From Prorocentrum cordatum (taxonomy: Eukaryota): 44,116 nucleotides of DNA. Each line of letters begins with the position of its first letter. Within the stretch, counting starts at the first letter, position 1. The notes under the pieces are model-generated. The model did no database searches. It was not told the DNA's origin and was given only the letters and a program-made list of their open reading frames with translations. Location of the stretch: assembly GCA_963575745.1 (NCBI GenBank), contig CAUYUJ010000214.1, positions 620,001 through 664,116 on the forward strand, written 5' to 3'. A program made the position numbers and the translations under genes. Positions 21,959 through 34,408 of the stretch are shown in pieces.

Positions 21959-22794
21959 ATGTTGCACTGCGTAGCTTTCACCGCACAGCGAGCACCACGC
22001 AGACTGCGCCACGGAGCTAGCACCACGCAGCTTCCACTGTACAGCCTGCACCTCCTAGCTCGCACCACATCCCTTGCACCACGCGGCTTGCTTGCATCAC
22101 CTGGTTGGCCCCACGTAGCTTACACCACAAAACTCGCACCACATAGCTTACACATCCACAGTGCAACAACTTACGCCTTACCACGGGATTGGCAGGATTT
22201 CGGGAAACTTTCACGGTGCCGCCCGTGCCCGCCTCTTGGCCGCCTCGTGCGTTGGGTGTGTCCGGCCGGGTTTCGCAACGTCGCCGCTCGACATAGTTTA
22301 CACCACAGAGTTTGCACCATGCACATCCACAACGCAACAATTTGCGTCATGTGAAGGGGTTGGTTGGGTGTGTCAAGGGGTTGCCATGGGGCCGCCCGTG
22401 GACGCCTCGTGGCCGTCCCGTGCGCTTGGTGTACCAGGCGAGGTTTCTCGCGTTGCCGCCCGTTGCCGCTTCGCTGCCGCCTCTGGAGAGCACCGCTGTT
22501 CAGCATAGCTTTTACCACACATATTGCACCATGATGTGCTGTTTGGGGTCCACGCTGGCGAACACATCGTCAGCTTACGCCAGTATAGGAAACCCAAACA
22601 GCTACGCTGCACAAGAAGCCACACGGTGAGTCGACACCGAACTGCGCGTGCACGTCACGGCACGCGGGCATGGCACGGCACGCTAGCACGGCACGGCCCG
22701 GGGGGGCACGGAACGAGCACGGCAAGGCACGCCGCGGCACACGGGCGGCACCTCTCTTTGCTTCCTGCAAGCTGGGCACGTCAAGGATAGAAGA

Positions 22795-23023
22795 ACCACC
22801 CCGACCCCGACAATTCGCGTTTCCTAAACGGCCCTGGGCGTTTACTAAACAGCCCTGCCCTGTTCGATTCATTCCATGGGTGCGTTTACGAAACGGCGTT
22901 GCTTGACGGGGTGCTTCTTATGGGGGTGGATTTCCTGCTGGAGGAAAAAACCACCTGGAACGGACAATTGGTGTTTACTAAACGGCCCTGGGCGTTTACT
23001 AAAAAGCCCTGCCCTGTTCGATT
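22795..23023. repeat. ~75-bp direct repeat pair
   Basis: GACAATT.G.GTTT.CTAAACGGCCCTGGGCGTTTACTAAA.AGCCCTGCCCTGTTCGATT occurs twice, ~155 bp apart. Confidence 0.85.
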
Positions 23024-23248
23024 ACTTCTTTGGGCGCGTTTGGTGTATGCTATTTGGGGCAAGCTATGGGGTGCAAGCTATGTTGTGCAGGCTGCGTGGT
23101 GAAAACTGTGTTGTGCAAGTTCTGTACAGGTGGAAACGAGAAGACCCCGAGCTTACGAGGAGCGCCAGAGATTGCCAGAGAAGTTTCGGTCGACGCACAC
23201 TGTTCACCTACACTGGTCCTGGTCAGGCCGATCCTGGGACCGGGATCG

Positions 23249-23249
23249 G

Positions 23250-23330
<81 letters not shown>
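23249..23330. repeat. (GT)n microsatellite
   Basis: Seen directly. Confidence 0.95.
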
Positions 23331-23332
<2 letters not shown>

Positions 23333-23619
23333 GTCTTCATGGGCCAGCCGGGTGGGCGTATACGCTGACCTTTGGCCCAGGACGGGCTTGGCCAGGATCG
23401 GTGTCGGTGCATACCCAGAAACCCGGCGATGTGTGTTGTTTCCCAGCGCTCCTGCGTTGGGTTCTCGTTTTGAATCGAGAGTTGCTCTCTTCAACCTCCT
23501 TTCCTTTCCCCTCCCCATTTTCCTCCTCCTCCTCCTCCTCCTCTTGCTCCTTGCTTTCCTTCTCCAACCTCCTACCTCCTACTGGAGGGCTGCCGCGTCT
23601 CCTTGTTGGGCTGCCACCT

Positions 23620-24130
23620 GCCCCACCGTCGCCATGCCTGTGGCCTCCAGGGAGGTCCTGCGGAGTGGGTGCCTACGCACATGCAGACTCGACCACGCGT
23701 GTCTCTGGCGTCCAGTCGCATGTGCAGCTGTCGCCACCTTCGTGGGCTCCTGCGGGGCCCGGAGGAGTGGCGGCCTACGCGCACGCGGACTAGACCTCGC
23801 GGCTCCCTGGGTGTTTGCCAATTGTGCAACATGCCGCCACTCTCGTGAGCTCTTGGGCGGTCCAGCGGAGTGGTGACCGATGCACATCCAAACTGGGCCT
23901 CGCGGCTCCCTGGGTGGCTGCCGATTGTGCAACGTGCCGCCACTTTCGTGGGCTCTTGGGAGGTCCAGCGGAGCGGTGCCCTACGCACACCCAAACTACT
24001 ACACCTCTCGGCGCCCTCGGTGGCTGCCGCTTGTGCAGTGTGCCGCCCCTTGTCGTGAGCTCCTGGGAGGCCCAGCGGAGTGATGCCACGCACACACACA
24101 CACATCCAGTCGAGGCCTCGCAGCGCCCTC
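23620..24130. repeat. ~105-bp tandem satellite, about 5 diverged units
   Basis: Recurring CTCGCGGCTCCCTGGGTG..GCC.ATTGTGCAAC.TGCCGCCAC..TCGTG.GCTC.TGGG.GGTCCAGCGGAG. Confidence 0.85.
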
Positions 24131-25338
24131 GGTGTGCCGCCGCCCGCGCCACTGCTTCCTCCTGCGCCGGGCGGCCCTACTGAGAGCCGCCTCGCGTCTG
24201 GGAAAGAGTTGGGCGCGCCTCGGGTAGCTCTTCCGTGCGCGCCCCCCGAGCAAGGCCCCGAGGATTGCGCTGGCCAGCCGAGCTCGAGGCAGCGCACCGC
24301 CGGTGCCCACGTCGGACCGCCGGCAGTGCTGGCGCACCTCCCCGAGAGCGCAGACGCGGAGAGCCTCGAGCCCAGAGCCTCCCTCGACCTGCCGCCGCGC
24401 CCCCGCTGCAGGCCCTCAGATGGCACGTGGCCCGGGCGCCCGAGGGGGGGGCAGCCCCTGGGACAGCGACCTCGTCGCCGGCGTCGCCTTCCACCCGAGG
24501 AGCCGCCCGTGCCACCTCCGGCCGACGCCGCCGCCGGTGCCCTCGTCGTCGCTGCCGCCGTTCCCGTCGTCGTCGCCAGCGTCGTCTTCGCCTCCGTGGT
24601 CGTCGTTGGCGTCACCGGCGCCCCTGCCGCCGTCGTCGCGTTTGTCGCCGACGCCGCCGTCGTCGTTGTGGCCATCGTCGTCGTCGTCGTCGGCGGTGCC
24701 GTCGCCGTCTGCGGCTCCGTCGTTGCTGTAGTCGTCGCCTTGGTCGTTGTCGCCGATTCCGTCGCCGTCGTCGTTGTCCATGCCGCCGGCGTCGTCGTCG
24801 TCGTCGTTCGAGGTTCGAGGGTCGGAGAGAGAAAGGTGACGAGGCAGGAGGCGGGAGGGAAGAGTTCGAGGGGATGGAGGCGTCCCCTCTTGACCCTCCT
24901 CATCATCCTCCGCCTCTACCCCCTCCTCCTCTCCTCTTCTTCCTCCTCCTCCTCATCCACCTCCTGGCCCTGTCGCCTTTCCGACGACCAAGTTGGCGAC
25001 GAAGCGGACGAGAACAACGGCGGCGGCGGCGAAAGCGACGTTTTGCCTCCGCGAGGAGGTGCGAGCCGCGGTCCAACGAGGACGGCATTCGAGGTGGGGA
25101 TCCCAGCGGCGGCTGGACCGTTCGTCAGCGTCGTTCTCGTTGACGTGGTCGCGCTTTTTGGTGTCGTCCGTCTCTCTCCCTCATCCTCTGTCCCCCCCCC
25201 TCCTCTCATCTTCCTTTTTCCCACTCTTGCCCCTTCCGCAAACTGTAACTTGCTTCGAGCAGCTTCGGCTGACATCGGCATGCAGGTGCGATTGGCATTT
25301 GATGCGTGTTGTGCTATTTGCGCTCCTTCTCCTAGTTC

Positions 25339-25360
25339 TCCGTGGCAATTTAGGCTCAAG
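25339..25360 (+). other. Relic dinoflagellate spliced leader (DinoSL)
   Basis: TCCGTGGCAATTTAGGCTCAAG matches DinoSL at 19/22 positions without gaps and is followed 3 nt later by ATGATG. Confidence 0.85.
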
Positions 25361-25926
25361 ACTATGATGTCCCCGCGGAGTAGAGTTGAGACATCTGGTC
25401 CGAGGCGGGCGAGGCAGGTCTGCCTGGCGGTGATTGTCGGCCTCCGCTGTGGGATCTAGGCTCCTACATCTGCCCCTCTCCCTTCTCCCACTCTCAGAGC
25501 ATCGTCGCTGGGAATTTCCACATCCTGTAGGTGCGACTGCGATGCCTGGAGATGCCCGCTTGAGCAGGCAGGAGAAGCAAGACAACGGAATAGTTCAGAA
25601 GGGCTCCGAGGGCGATCTGGACACCCCATCGAAGAGATCGAGGCGCACGGCGGTGTCCCCGATCAAGGCCCTTCCGACGTCTCCTGCTGAGTCGCCCATC
25701 TCCTGTTGAGTCGCCTCTGCCAGAGCTGGGAGACGGGGGCGGGCCGCGCAACGGCGTGACCAGGAACGGGCTGCCGCAGCCGCTGCTGCTGCCCCCGTCG
25801 GACAGCATCGCTCTCGGAGCGGACCACGCAGTCCTGGGTACGATGATGCACTCCTCCAGGCCCTGGCGTGCGCCGCCACGTCTCCACCGCAGGAGCTCGC
25901 GCATGCTGGACCCGTCCATCACCACT

Positions 25927-26172
25927 GGTTGACCCAAAAGGGGGTCCAGCCACAAGGGGGTGGTGCAATAGATTTGGTGCAATAGATTTGTGGGGTTGCA
26001 AGACATTTGGGGCGTGCAGTGCGTTCCGGGGCGCAAATGTATTGCTGGACGTTCGCGTGCAATACATTACTTGCAATACAATGTAATACAATTCCCTGGC
26101 GCAGTACATTTGCAATACACTTGTCCCGCATCTATTGCACCACCCCCTTTCAGCTGGACCCCCTCTTGGGCC
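25927..26172. mobile_element. MITE family C copy 2
   Basis: ~40-bp imperfect TIRs GACCCAAAAGGGGGTCCAGC...GGGGGTGGTGCAATAGAT / ATCTATTGCACCACCCCC...GCTGGACCCCCTCTTGGGCC. Confidence 0.7.
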
Positions 26173-26505
26173 ACCCAACACCGCGTCGCTGGCCAGCTGG
26201 CGAGGGGGCGAAGCGCAGGTCCACCTCTGCGGAGGTGGGAGGGATGCCGGCCTGCTGCTCCCGGCACGGCGCGGCGCCCGCCGAGGCGCCGAGGCGGCCT
26301 GGCGCCCCGAGCCGGCGTCGGCGGAGCCAGCGGAGTGGCTGCTCGCAGCCAGGGCATGGAGCGGTGATCGACCTGATCACTTAACTGACCCAGGCGCTCG
26401 CCGAGCTACACGATAGACGGCATCAAGATCCGCAGATTTTGTCGTAACGCTCCTCCTTCTCCTCCTCCTCCTCCTCCTCCTCCTCCTCCTCCTCCTCCTG
26501 GGCCG

Positions 26506-26538
<33 letters not shown>

Positions 26539-26969
26539 CCCGTGCGCTTGCGATGCTCGTGGACAGAAGCGTAGCGACGCACGCTGGCCATGGCATGCTC
26601 GCCAACATGGAGAACAGGCGGGGCGCCTCGGCAGAGCGCCAGCGGCTTGGTCGGCCAGATGCCGGCAGGCCGAGCAGGGTCCTTGCGGGGTGTTCTGTAC
26701 CCGCTCCTTCGCACGAGCTGGTGAGGGAGAGGCGGAGAACGTGGTGCCGCGCCTCACAGTGCCAGGGGGCACGGTGTCGGGCAAGGAGGAGGAGGAGGAG
26801 GAGGAGGAGGAGCAGGAGGAGGAGGAGGAAGAGGAGGAGGAGCACGAGGAGGAGGAGGTGGATGAGGTCAATCAGAGGCAGCGCCCTTGGGGGGGACTCT
26901 ACCCTCTCCCCTCGGACAGCCTCTGGGGACCACCAGCAACCTTTCGGAGCCCCATGTCGAACGCCTCTG

Positions 26970-27261
26970 GGTGATGTCTGACACTTTTTTGGTCTGCGGG
27001 TCGAGAGCGAGCCTCTTCCGGTTAAGAGCTAGGCGGGCCGCTCAAAGCACTAATTGGGGAGACAGAGCGCAGGCGGGCGGGGCCTCAGGCGGCCGGAGGG
27101 CGCGGGGTGCAGGCGGTGCTGAGGAGCTTGCACAGGAAAAGGTACACCTTGGACAGGAGCCGGAGGCGAAGTCCTGGAGGGTGAGCGGTGTGGTGTTGCC
27201 GTCGACGGCGCATCGAAAACACCATCCTCAAGTGCTGCGTGCGGAAGGTGATGTCTGACAC
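26970..27261 (-). mobile_element. Probable 5'-truncated retroposed insertion with 15-bp TSD and short A-tail
   Basis: GGTGATGTCTGACAC repeated exactly at 26970-26984 and 27247-27261; the insert starts with T6 on + (A6 tail on -). Confidence 0.65.
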
Positions 27262-27504
27262 ACGCCTGCTCCTCCTAGTGCCTCCTCCCCCCTCTTCCTG
27301 CTCCCTCCCCCTCTTTCATTTCTGCTTATGGTCTCTCCCTCCCTCCCTGCTCCCTAAGAAGGCCCGCTGGGGTTAGCTCAGACTGCTACATGTCCGCAAC
27401 CCCATGCTTGCCACCTCCCCGCCTTCCTGTCCGCCTCTTCCTTCATCATCATCCTTTTGCTCCTTCTCGCCAGTTCTCCTAGACTGTTTTTGTGCTGTTC
27501 TTGC

Positions 27505-27565
27505 ATGGCCCCGGGCCTCTCGAGCATTTCCCGCGGGCCGGTTTTTCATCCCAGACCGACGACTG
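27505..27565 (+). CDS. Candidate upstream exon of the hydrolase
   Basis: MAPGLSSISRGPVFHPRPTTE; I recall 'I....FHPR' at the N-terminus of related hydrolases. Splice boundaries are unresolved. Confidence 0.3.
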
Positions 27566-28217
27566 AAAGCTGAGGGGCCCGGAACAAGCCTTGTGTGACC
27601 GAGCATGACTGAACTTACGTCAGCATTTGGAACATCACGACGTCGGAGGTCCCTGTTTTTGGAGGAGGTCTCTGGAGGGTCCGAGGCTCAGGTCCCGGGC
27701 AGCTCGCGGAGGCCGCTGTAGGTCTCAGGATGCTCTGGAGGCCTCCCAGATGGGGTCCGAGCAAATGTGGTCGGAGGATTGAGCCGCATCGCCGATGAAA
27801 CAGACGTCCATCAGGAGGAGAAAAAACACACAGACAGAATTCATCGTCGATTTCCTAGAAAGTAGAGGTAGATATGGGAAGTGGGGGGGACGACGAAGTC
27901 CAGATAATAATGAGAACAACAATTAGAGCATCCTTGGATTTGTGTGTCTTTCTTCGTGTGTCCTTGGGCCCCTCGAGTCCAGCGGCGACGCCAGGAGGGA
28001 GAACACCCTGCTCCCGACGGCGCCGCCTCGGCGATGCGGCGCGACCCGCCGACCCGTTCGGCTCCGGCCGCCCGGACGGCCAGAGTGCGGAGGCCCCCCA
28101 AAGGGTGTGGTGACCAACGCCGCGTGGCGGGCGAGTCGGTGGGGATGCGGGGCCTCCGCACGGTCTCTTGCGACTGGGGCTCGGGTCGCTCTCCGAGGAC
28201 TTCTCGGGCGACTGGAG

Positions 28218-28376
28218 TGAAGTCGGGCACGTCCCTCTACGGGAGGAATATTCAAAAAGATGTTAAAATAGCCAGGGGACGATTTTTTGAGCATCGTTGG
28301 ATCATTGTGGGGCATGTTTCTGGTCTTTTTTTTTTGTTGCTCAAAATCCGCCTGCAGGGGGACATGCCCGACCTAA
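28218..28376. mobile_element. MITE family A copy
   Basis: Same TIRs and AT-rich core; flanks GACTGGAG/GACTTGAG (7/8). Confidence 0.85.
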
Positions 28377-28586
28377 GACTTGAGCCTCCAGGGGTCCTCA
28401 GACCGTGCTGTGACGGACCGTGCGCTGTGGATTCCGAGTTCACCGCACGGTCTATGACCACGTCGGTATGGACCCCCACACACGCACATACACACACCAA
28501 AAGAATCATTGCTTTGGGACCCCCAGGGCAGCAGGCAGGCCGACGTCCAACCGCCGCAGTCCTCCTCGTCGCCTCTTCCGCCCCAG

Positions 28587-28718
28587 GATCGACGCCGACA
28601 TTGCCGCCGCCGACGGCGTGAGGCTCGCATACCGGCTGTACGTGGCGCCCCGGTCGTCGCACGACGAGCCCGACGAGTCCTCGACCTCAAGTGCCGCGAT
28701 CGAGGGTCGAGGCGCCAG
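28587..28718 (+). CDS. Alpha/beta-hydrolase (ABHD13/ABHD17/BEM46-like), internal exon A
   Basis: Pyrimidine tract and cag|G acceptor. Translates (R)IDADIAAADGVRLAYRLYVAPR...GA(R), where 'DGVRLAYRLY' is a typical hydrolase N-terminal strand. AG|ga donor; phase matches exon B. Confidence 0.8.
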
Positions 28719-29338
28719 GACTTACAAGCGCCCGTCGGTCCTGCGACGCTCGGTCGGTAACCGTGGTGCTCATGTGTGTTCGGCGGCTGCGGGCCCCCCG
28801 CCTGTGCCTCGGGTCGTCGTCGCCGCCGCCGCTGCCGCCGCCCGCCGCCGCCGCCGTCGTTTTCGTCGTTGGTCGCCATGGGACGCTCACGGCCCGCCTG
28901 TGGATCTCCAGGGGCCGCGGCCGGATCCGCCCCGAGTTCTTGGCCAGGGTGGGCTCCGAGGCGGGTCCGCGTGGCACCCCATACGGGACCCAAACAAATA
29001 CACCACCACCACCTCCCTCACCCCGTCCCTCTCCCAGGAAAGAGGACAGGAATGGGAGGGTAGAGGAGGGAGGAGGGCGGAGCGCGGAACTCAGCGTGGG
29101 GGACCATTCACGCCAAGCGGCGAAGTCGGAGAGAGTGACCGGGCTGGCGCGTTTAGGCGTCGGTGGAGGCCGCCGAGGTAATCGGCCAGCGCGGAGATCG
29201 TCGGCCTCGGCGGCGGCGGCGGGCGCTGCGGCGTCCTCGGCTTCGCCCTCGTCGGCGACCTCGTCAGCGACGGCGGCGTTCTCGTCGTCACCTCGTCATC
29301 GCCGTCGTCGGCGGCGTGATGCTCCACCAAACGCGGAG

Positions 29339-29387
29339 GTCCTTGTGCGTGCTGGTTTATTTCCACGCCAACGCCGAGCTGTGTACG
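29339..29387 (+). CDS. Alpha/beta-hydrolase, exon B (FH[G/A]NAE oxyanion motif)
   Basis: gag|G acceptor; translates SLCVLVYFHANAELCT; GA donor at 29388. Confidence 0.85.
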
Positions 29388-32169
29388 GACGCCGCACTTG
29401 CCGCTGTGCCCCTCCTCTTCTTGCTCGTGTTCTGTCCACTTGATCTTCTCGGCCTCCCAACGTCTCCCCCGTCTTCCCTCTACACGCCTGCTCGCGTCCT
29501 GTCCATCCTCCGTCCCCATTCCCCCCTGGCTCTCCCCCCTTGTCCTCCTTGCTCCTCCCTCGTCCTCCCTCCTCGTTCTCTCCCCTCGTCCTCCTTACTC
29601 CTCCCTCGCCCCCTTCGTTCCCCCCCCCTCGTTTTCCCCCCGCGTCCTCCTTGCTCCCCCCCTTCGCCCCCCCTTTCCCCCCCCCACCCACCCGTTCTCC
29701 CCCGTCGTCCTCCTTGCCCCCTGCCCCTCCCCCCTCCCCCCCGCTCCTCCTCCTCCTCCTCCTCTCCTCCTCCTCCTCCCCTCCCTCCTCCTCCTCCTCC
29801 TCCTCCTCCTCCCCGAAGTTCCTCCGTGCTGCGTGTCGTCACCCCATCCCACCCCCGTTGTCCTCCTCCCCCCCCCCCTCTCCGTCCCTCAGCTCGTCCT
29901 CCCGCTCTGCTCCTCCCCCTCTCCTCCTTCCCTCCATCCTGTTCCACCCCATGCTCCCTCGTGTCCCACCCCATTAGAGTTCCCTCCCCCCCCTCCGTCT
30001 CCCCGCTCATTTTCCCGCATCTCCTCCTCCCGTTCCTCCAGCCCTCCCTTCCTGCCCCACCTCGGTCCTCCCCTCTCCTGCCCCATGTCCCTCCTCCGCC
30101 GCCCTCGCTCCTCCCGCATGGCGACCCCCTCCTCCCGACGTGCCTGCGTCCTGCAGGTGTCCACCCGCACCCCGTCCTTCTTCTGCCCTTTCCCTCCGTG
30201 TCCACCCGCATCCCCTCCTTGGCCTGCCCCTGCCCTCGCTCCAAGGAGGGGGGGGGATGGGGGGGGGGGGAAGCAGGGAAGCGGGAGGGGCTGGGAGGAT
30301 GGAGCGCGAGGAGGCAGGAGGCAGCAGGAGGCAGGAGGCAGCAGGGAGGCAGTTGAGGGGGGACAGGAAGCAGGGAGGCAGCAGGGGGGACAGCGAGGAG
30401 CCAGGAGGAAGCAGGGTTGAGGAAGGGGGGGCGGGAGCGACCCGGGGTAGCCCGGACACGACGAATCAGATGCACATGGTTTCGCGAGATGGTGCTGTGT
30501 CGCCGGACGACTCGGAGGTTCCATCGACAGCCTTTCATCGGGGGTTTTCTCGAGGTGGTGCTGGGGAGCGGTCCCAGCTGGATGCTCCCGTTTAACGCGT
30601 TTCCTTCTTCCAGGGGCCGTTCGGACTGATTTTCCCTCCAACTCCTCCTTTGCCCTTTGCCTCTACCCTACCTGTGTGCCCCCTCGATTTTACAGCCTTG
30701 GGACATGGATTGCTTGACCCGTTACATCTGCCGACGCCTCACGCACTCCATCAGCACCCCTCTGCCACCGGACCACCGCTCTCAACACGCCACAACCATT
30801 GGATGAGCGCCCGCACGAGAGGTTGTGTCGCAACACTCCATGTAAAATGCATCATGGCTCCATATCTGCCAAGTCTGCCAGGAGGCGGGAGAGTGCGGAG
30901 GAGGTGGAAAAGGAAAAGGTGGAGGAACGGGGAGGAGGGGTGTACATGACCTTGTGATTCCTGGTCTCCGCCCTCTGCCCCCCCCCGTGTCGCCGCGGCG
31001 CCCATGTAAATTCGAAGGCCAAGATGGCCATGCAAAGTGCCAGGCTGAGGCACTTCGCTATGACCCATGTAGAGTTCGAGGCCGCGGTGCTCGTGTAGAT
31101 TCCAAGATTGAGGGACCCATGTAAGTCCTTTTGCCAGCGTGCCCCAAGAAGCCTGCAATACAGTCCCGCGGCAGCTTGAGGATCGAAGAGGGCGCGATTG
31201 GACTCTGAGTGTCCGTCGGCTAGAACTTCGGCGCGCGCGATGGTTCTAGCGTGTGTGTATGTATACAGACGTGTGCGTATCAGTTACCTGTGTTGTGGAT
31301 TGTCTCTCTCTCTCTCTCACTCTTTCTCCCCCTATCGCTTGCGTTTTTGTTTGGCATCTCTGTCTCTCTCTCTCTCTCTCCCCCCATGTAGCATATACCT
31401 GTAACTTGTCCAGCATGGACCACAAACTGTGCGTTTCGATATATCTACGGTGTGCTATATGTATATTAATGTATGTTGATGTACCAATGTGTTGCCATAC
31501 AACTGTTCGCGACACGGTTGCGCAATCCGTGTTATGTAACCTTTATCGTCCAATCTATGCGGTGCAGTCTACGTTGTGAGGTCTCCGTGGCGTTATATAT
31601 GTACGACAGTTTATGTGGAACAGCCGATGCCATTCCATCCACATTGGGCTTCTGAGTGGTAAAACCTAGGTGGTACAATCCAGGTTGTGCAACCTATGTT
31701 GTGCAATCTACGGTGGGCAATCTATGTGGTGCGATGTACGCAGTGCAATCTAAGGTGAGCAACCTATAAGGTGCAACCAACGCGGTGCAATTGGCAATCT
31801 GGCACCGCGCCTAACCACCTCGATTGTTCGCGCAACCGTCCCACCCACCCAACAGCAACTCGGTTCGCAAAATCCATGTGGTGGCGATTGCGATGAGTGT
31901 TTGACGTTGGCTGGTCAAGCACGCGCGCGCCGCGGCCAGCTAGTGTGGCGCGACCGATGCGGCCGCGGTTGCGCTGACCGTTGGGCACATCCCAGCGGGA
32001 ATGTCAGTGCGAGTCGGCGACTTGGCCGGGCGCGGTATCATGGCAACGTCGACAACGGCAGACACGATGGTGATAGTCGCGATGTTGGTGACCAGATTGA
32101 CAGCAACGACGGCGCGGCCATTGCGGGCGCCGATGCTGATCACGCCGACGACGAAGACGGCGTCCTCGC

Positions 32170-33450
32170 GTCGGTGATGGAGGTTTTGGAAAGAGTTCGG
32201 CATGCGTGCGCGGCCGACGCGCACAAGTGGCCCGCATGGCGTTCTTTGACACGGATCGTGCCCCCCCCCCCCAGCACGCGCGCAACGGCGTTCGAATGAT
32301 GCCGGCATGCGACAGAATTCCATGCCCCCCTTGAGAAACCGATGGGGTTTGTAAGAGCTCGCAAGAGCGCGAGCGCACGCTTTTTTGTCAATTCATGTTG
32401 CGACTCCATGTGTTGTTGTTATGATGTTTGCTCGGACACTCGGTTTTGACACTGTTACACAAAAGACGGTTTTTGACGGATTTCGGCATGCGCGCGCGAC
32501 GACGCGGGCGCGCGCACTTCGTCCCATTGCTTGCAAGGGATTCTCGCGACGGCACGCTCGCACTGGCGTTCGAACGATTTCAACATGCGTGCGTGCGAAT
32601 CCCGCTTGGTGGTCTTGTATGGAGATTTTGAATATATGTGTGTGTACATATATATATATATATATGTATTGCGTAAGGATTTGCGAACGCGCGCGCAACC
32701 TTCTTATGAATATGCAAGTTGCGAAACCTCGTGTGCACATATGTGTATGTGTATATATATATGCATGTTTCGGGGGCTCGGTTTTGAAACATGTACGGCA
32801 TTGAAGGTTTTGGAAAGATTCTGGCCTGCGGCGCGAGGGCCTCGTTTGGCACAATTCCATGAAAATGTTGGAAAACCTATGTTATCGCTAACTCGCAAGA
32901 GCGTGAACGCTGGCTTGTTTCCAAACTGACGTTTCGATTTCATGCTTGTGGTTACTATTGTTTCGGGATGCTCGGTTTTGACATCCGTTCGAAACCACAG
33001 TTGTTGTTCAGGATTGCGGCCTGCACGCGCGACGTCGCTCGCTTAAGCATCTCGTCCCAATGTGTGCAACGGGTGCTTGCGACAACACGCGCGCCAGGGC
33101 TTTCGAACGATTTCGACATGCGCGTGCGAAGTCCGTTTGGTAGCACATTATGTACATGTTGAAAACAATGTTTTTCAAACGTTTGCAAGAACGCCCGCGC
33201 AAGTTCTTCTGTTGTTTTTGAAAACCCGTGTTGCGCAACCATTTGTTTGCATTTGTCTGTGTTTGATTAATGATTTTTTTTTTTTTTTTTTTTAAATGGA
33301 TACGCAACCAAAGGTTTGTGAGCAATTCTGGCATGCGCGCGACGACGCGCGCGTGTGCACTTCGTCCTATTGTTGTCCAAGGGGTTATTGACAACGGATG
33401 GCTTTTGATCAACAAGTACGCGCGCATAGTTCGGTATGCAAAAAGTGGCA
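32170..33450. repeat. Degenerate satellite within a hydrolase intron
   Basis: Recurring GGCATGCGCGCG..GACGCG.GCG.G.GCACTTCGTCC.ATTG and TTCGAACGATTTC.ACATGCG.G.G motifs. Confidence 0.7.
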
Positions 33451-33815
33451 AGGTGTTTCGCCGGGGGTAGTTTCTAATTCATGTCATGACAGGAACAGTA
33501 TCAAGAACCTTACATCCAAGTATTGCTTGGGGAACATGGTCTACATTCCTCCATCTGGCCTACATTCCTCCATCTCTCTCTCCCTCTCTCCCTCTCTCTC
33601 TCTCCCTAGCTCTGGACATGCGAGGCGCGTTCAGCGAAACGGCTTCCTGACATCACAGAGTTTCCCCTCACAATGTGTGTGTGTGTTGTTGTTGGAGGTT
33701 TGCCAAGCGTGCTGGATGGGTTGGGCACTGCGTTGGTAGCTTTTTGCGGCGCATGCTGTCTGGGTTTGACGCTGCCTCCAGAAGGCGGCGGTGTCGTGAT
33801 AGCGCCCGGCGCGAG

Positions 33816-33895
33816 GACCTGGAGGTCGACCGGCGGTCGATCCTCAACTGCGGCTTCCACGCCATACTGTGCCCAGAGTTCCGGGGCTTCGCCTG
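33816..33895 (+). CDS. Alpha/beta-hydrolase, exon C ([DE]YRGYG-like motif)
   Basis: gag|G acceptor in phase 0; translates DLEVDRRSILNCGFHAILCPEFRGFA(W); GA donor at 33896. Confidence 0.85.
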
Positions 33896-34408
33896 GAGCA
33901 GCCGGGGATGGGGAGAAGCAGGAAAATTCGAGGGCGGCCAAGTGGGGGGTGACTAGGGGGGGGATATCATCGCGGGAGCCATGATATCTCCCTAGATTGC
34001 ATGGCGCCCCTTCTTAGTTCCATACGTCCCTGCCCCCCCCCTGGGCCACGCACGTGACGCCAACCATAATTTGGCTACACCCCCGTCTTGGGCGCCCCCC
34101 TCTTGGCCGACACCGAAAGATGAGGACTAGAGATCGACATTGCTCTCTCTCTCTCTCTCTCTTGTCTCTTTGGCCCTCTCAACTCCTGCCGTGCGCAAAG
34201 AGGGGTCGTCGGAAGGTGCCAGTGCAGATGGGAGCAGAGAGTAACAGGTGAGCAATCGTTTGAACTATGTGCAGGCTTCGGATTCGTCATCGATGCCGCT
34301 GGAATGGGACAGGAGGAACAGAGGAAGCCCAGACTGCATCAGCGATGCACACATCCCACCTTCATGCGTCCTTGCAGGGACTCCTTGCCGCTACTGTGTG
34401 CGCCAGGG

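Noticed and set aside
23620..24130. CRISPR-like regular spacing here and at 40725-41830
   Set aside because: Whole units are homologous with no unique spacers, there are no cas genes, and the context is eukaryotic.
27692..27728. Possible linker exon (S)PGQLAEAAVGL(R) and a GMLANMEN(R) island near 26590
   Set aside because: Phases can be made to fit, but there is no motif support; too speculative to call.
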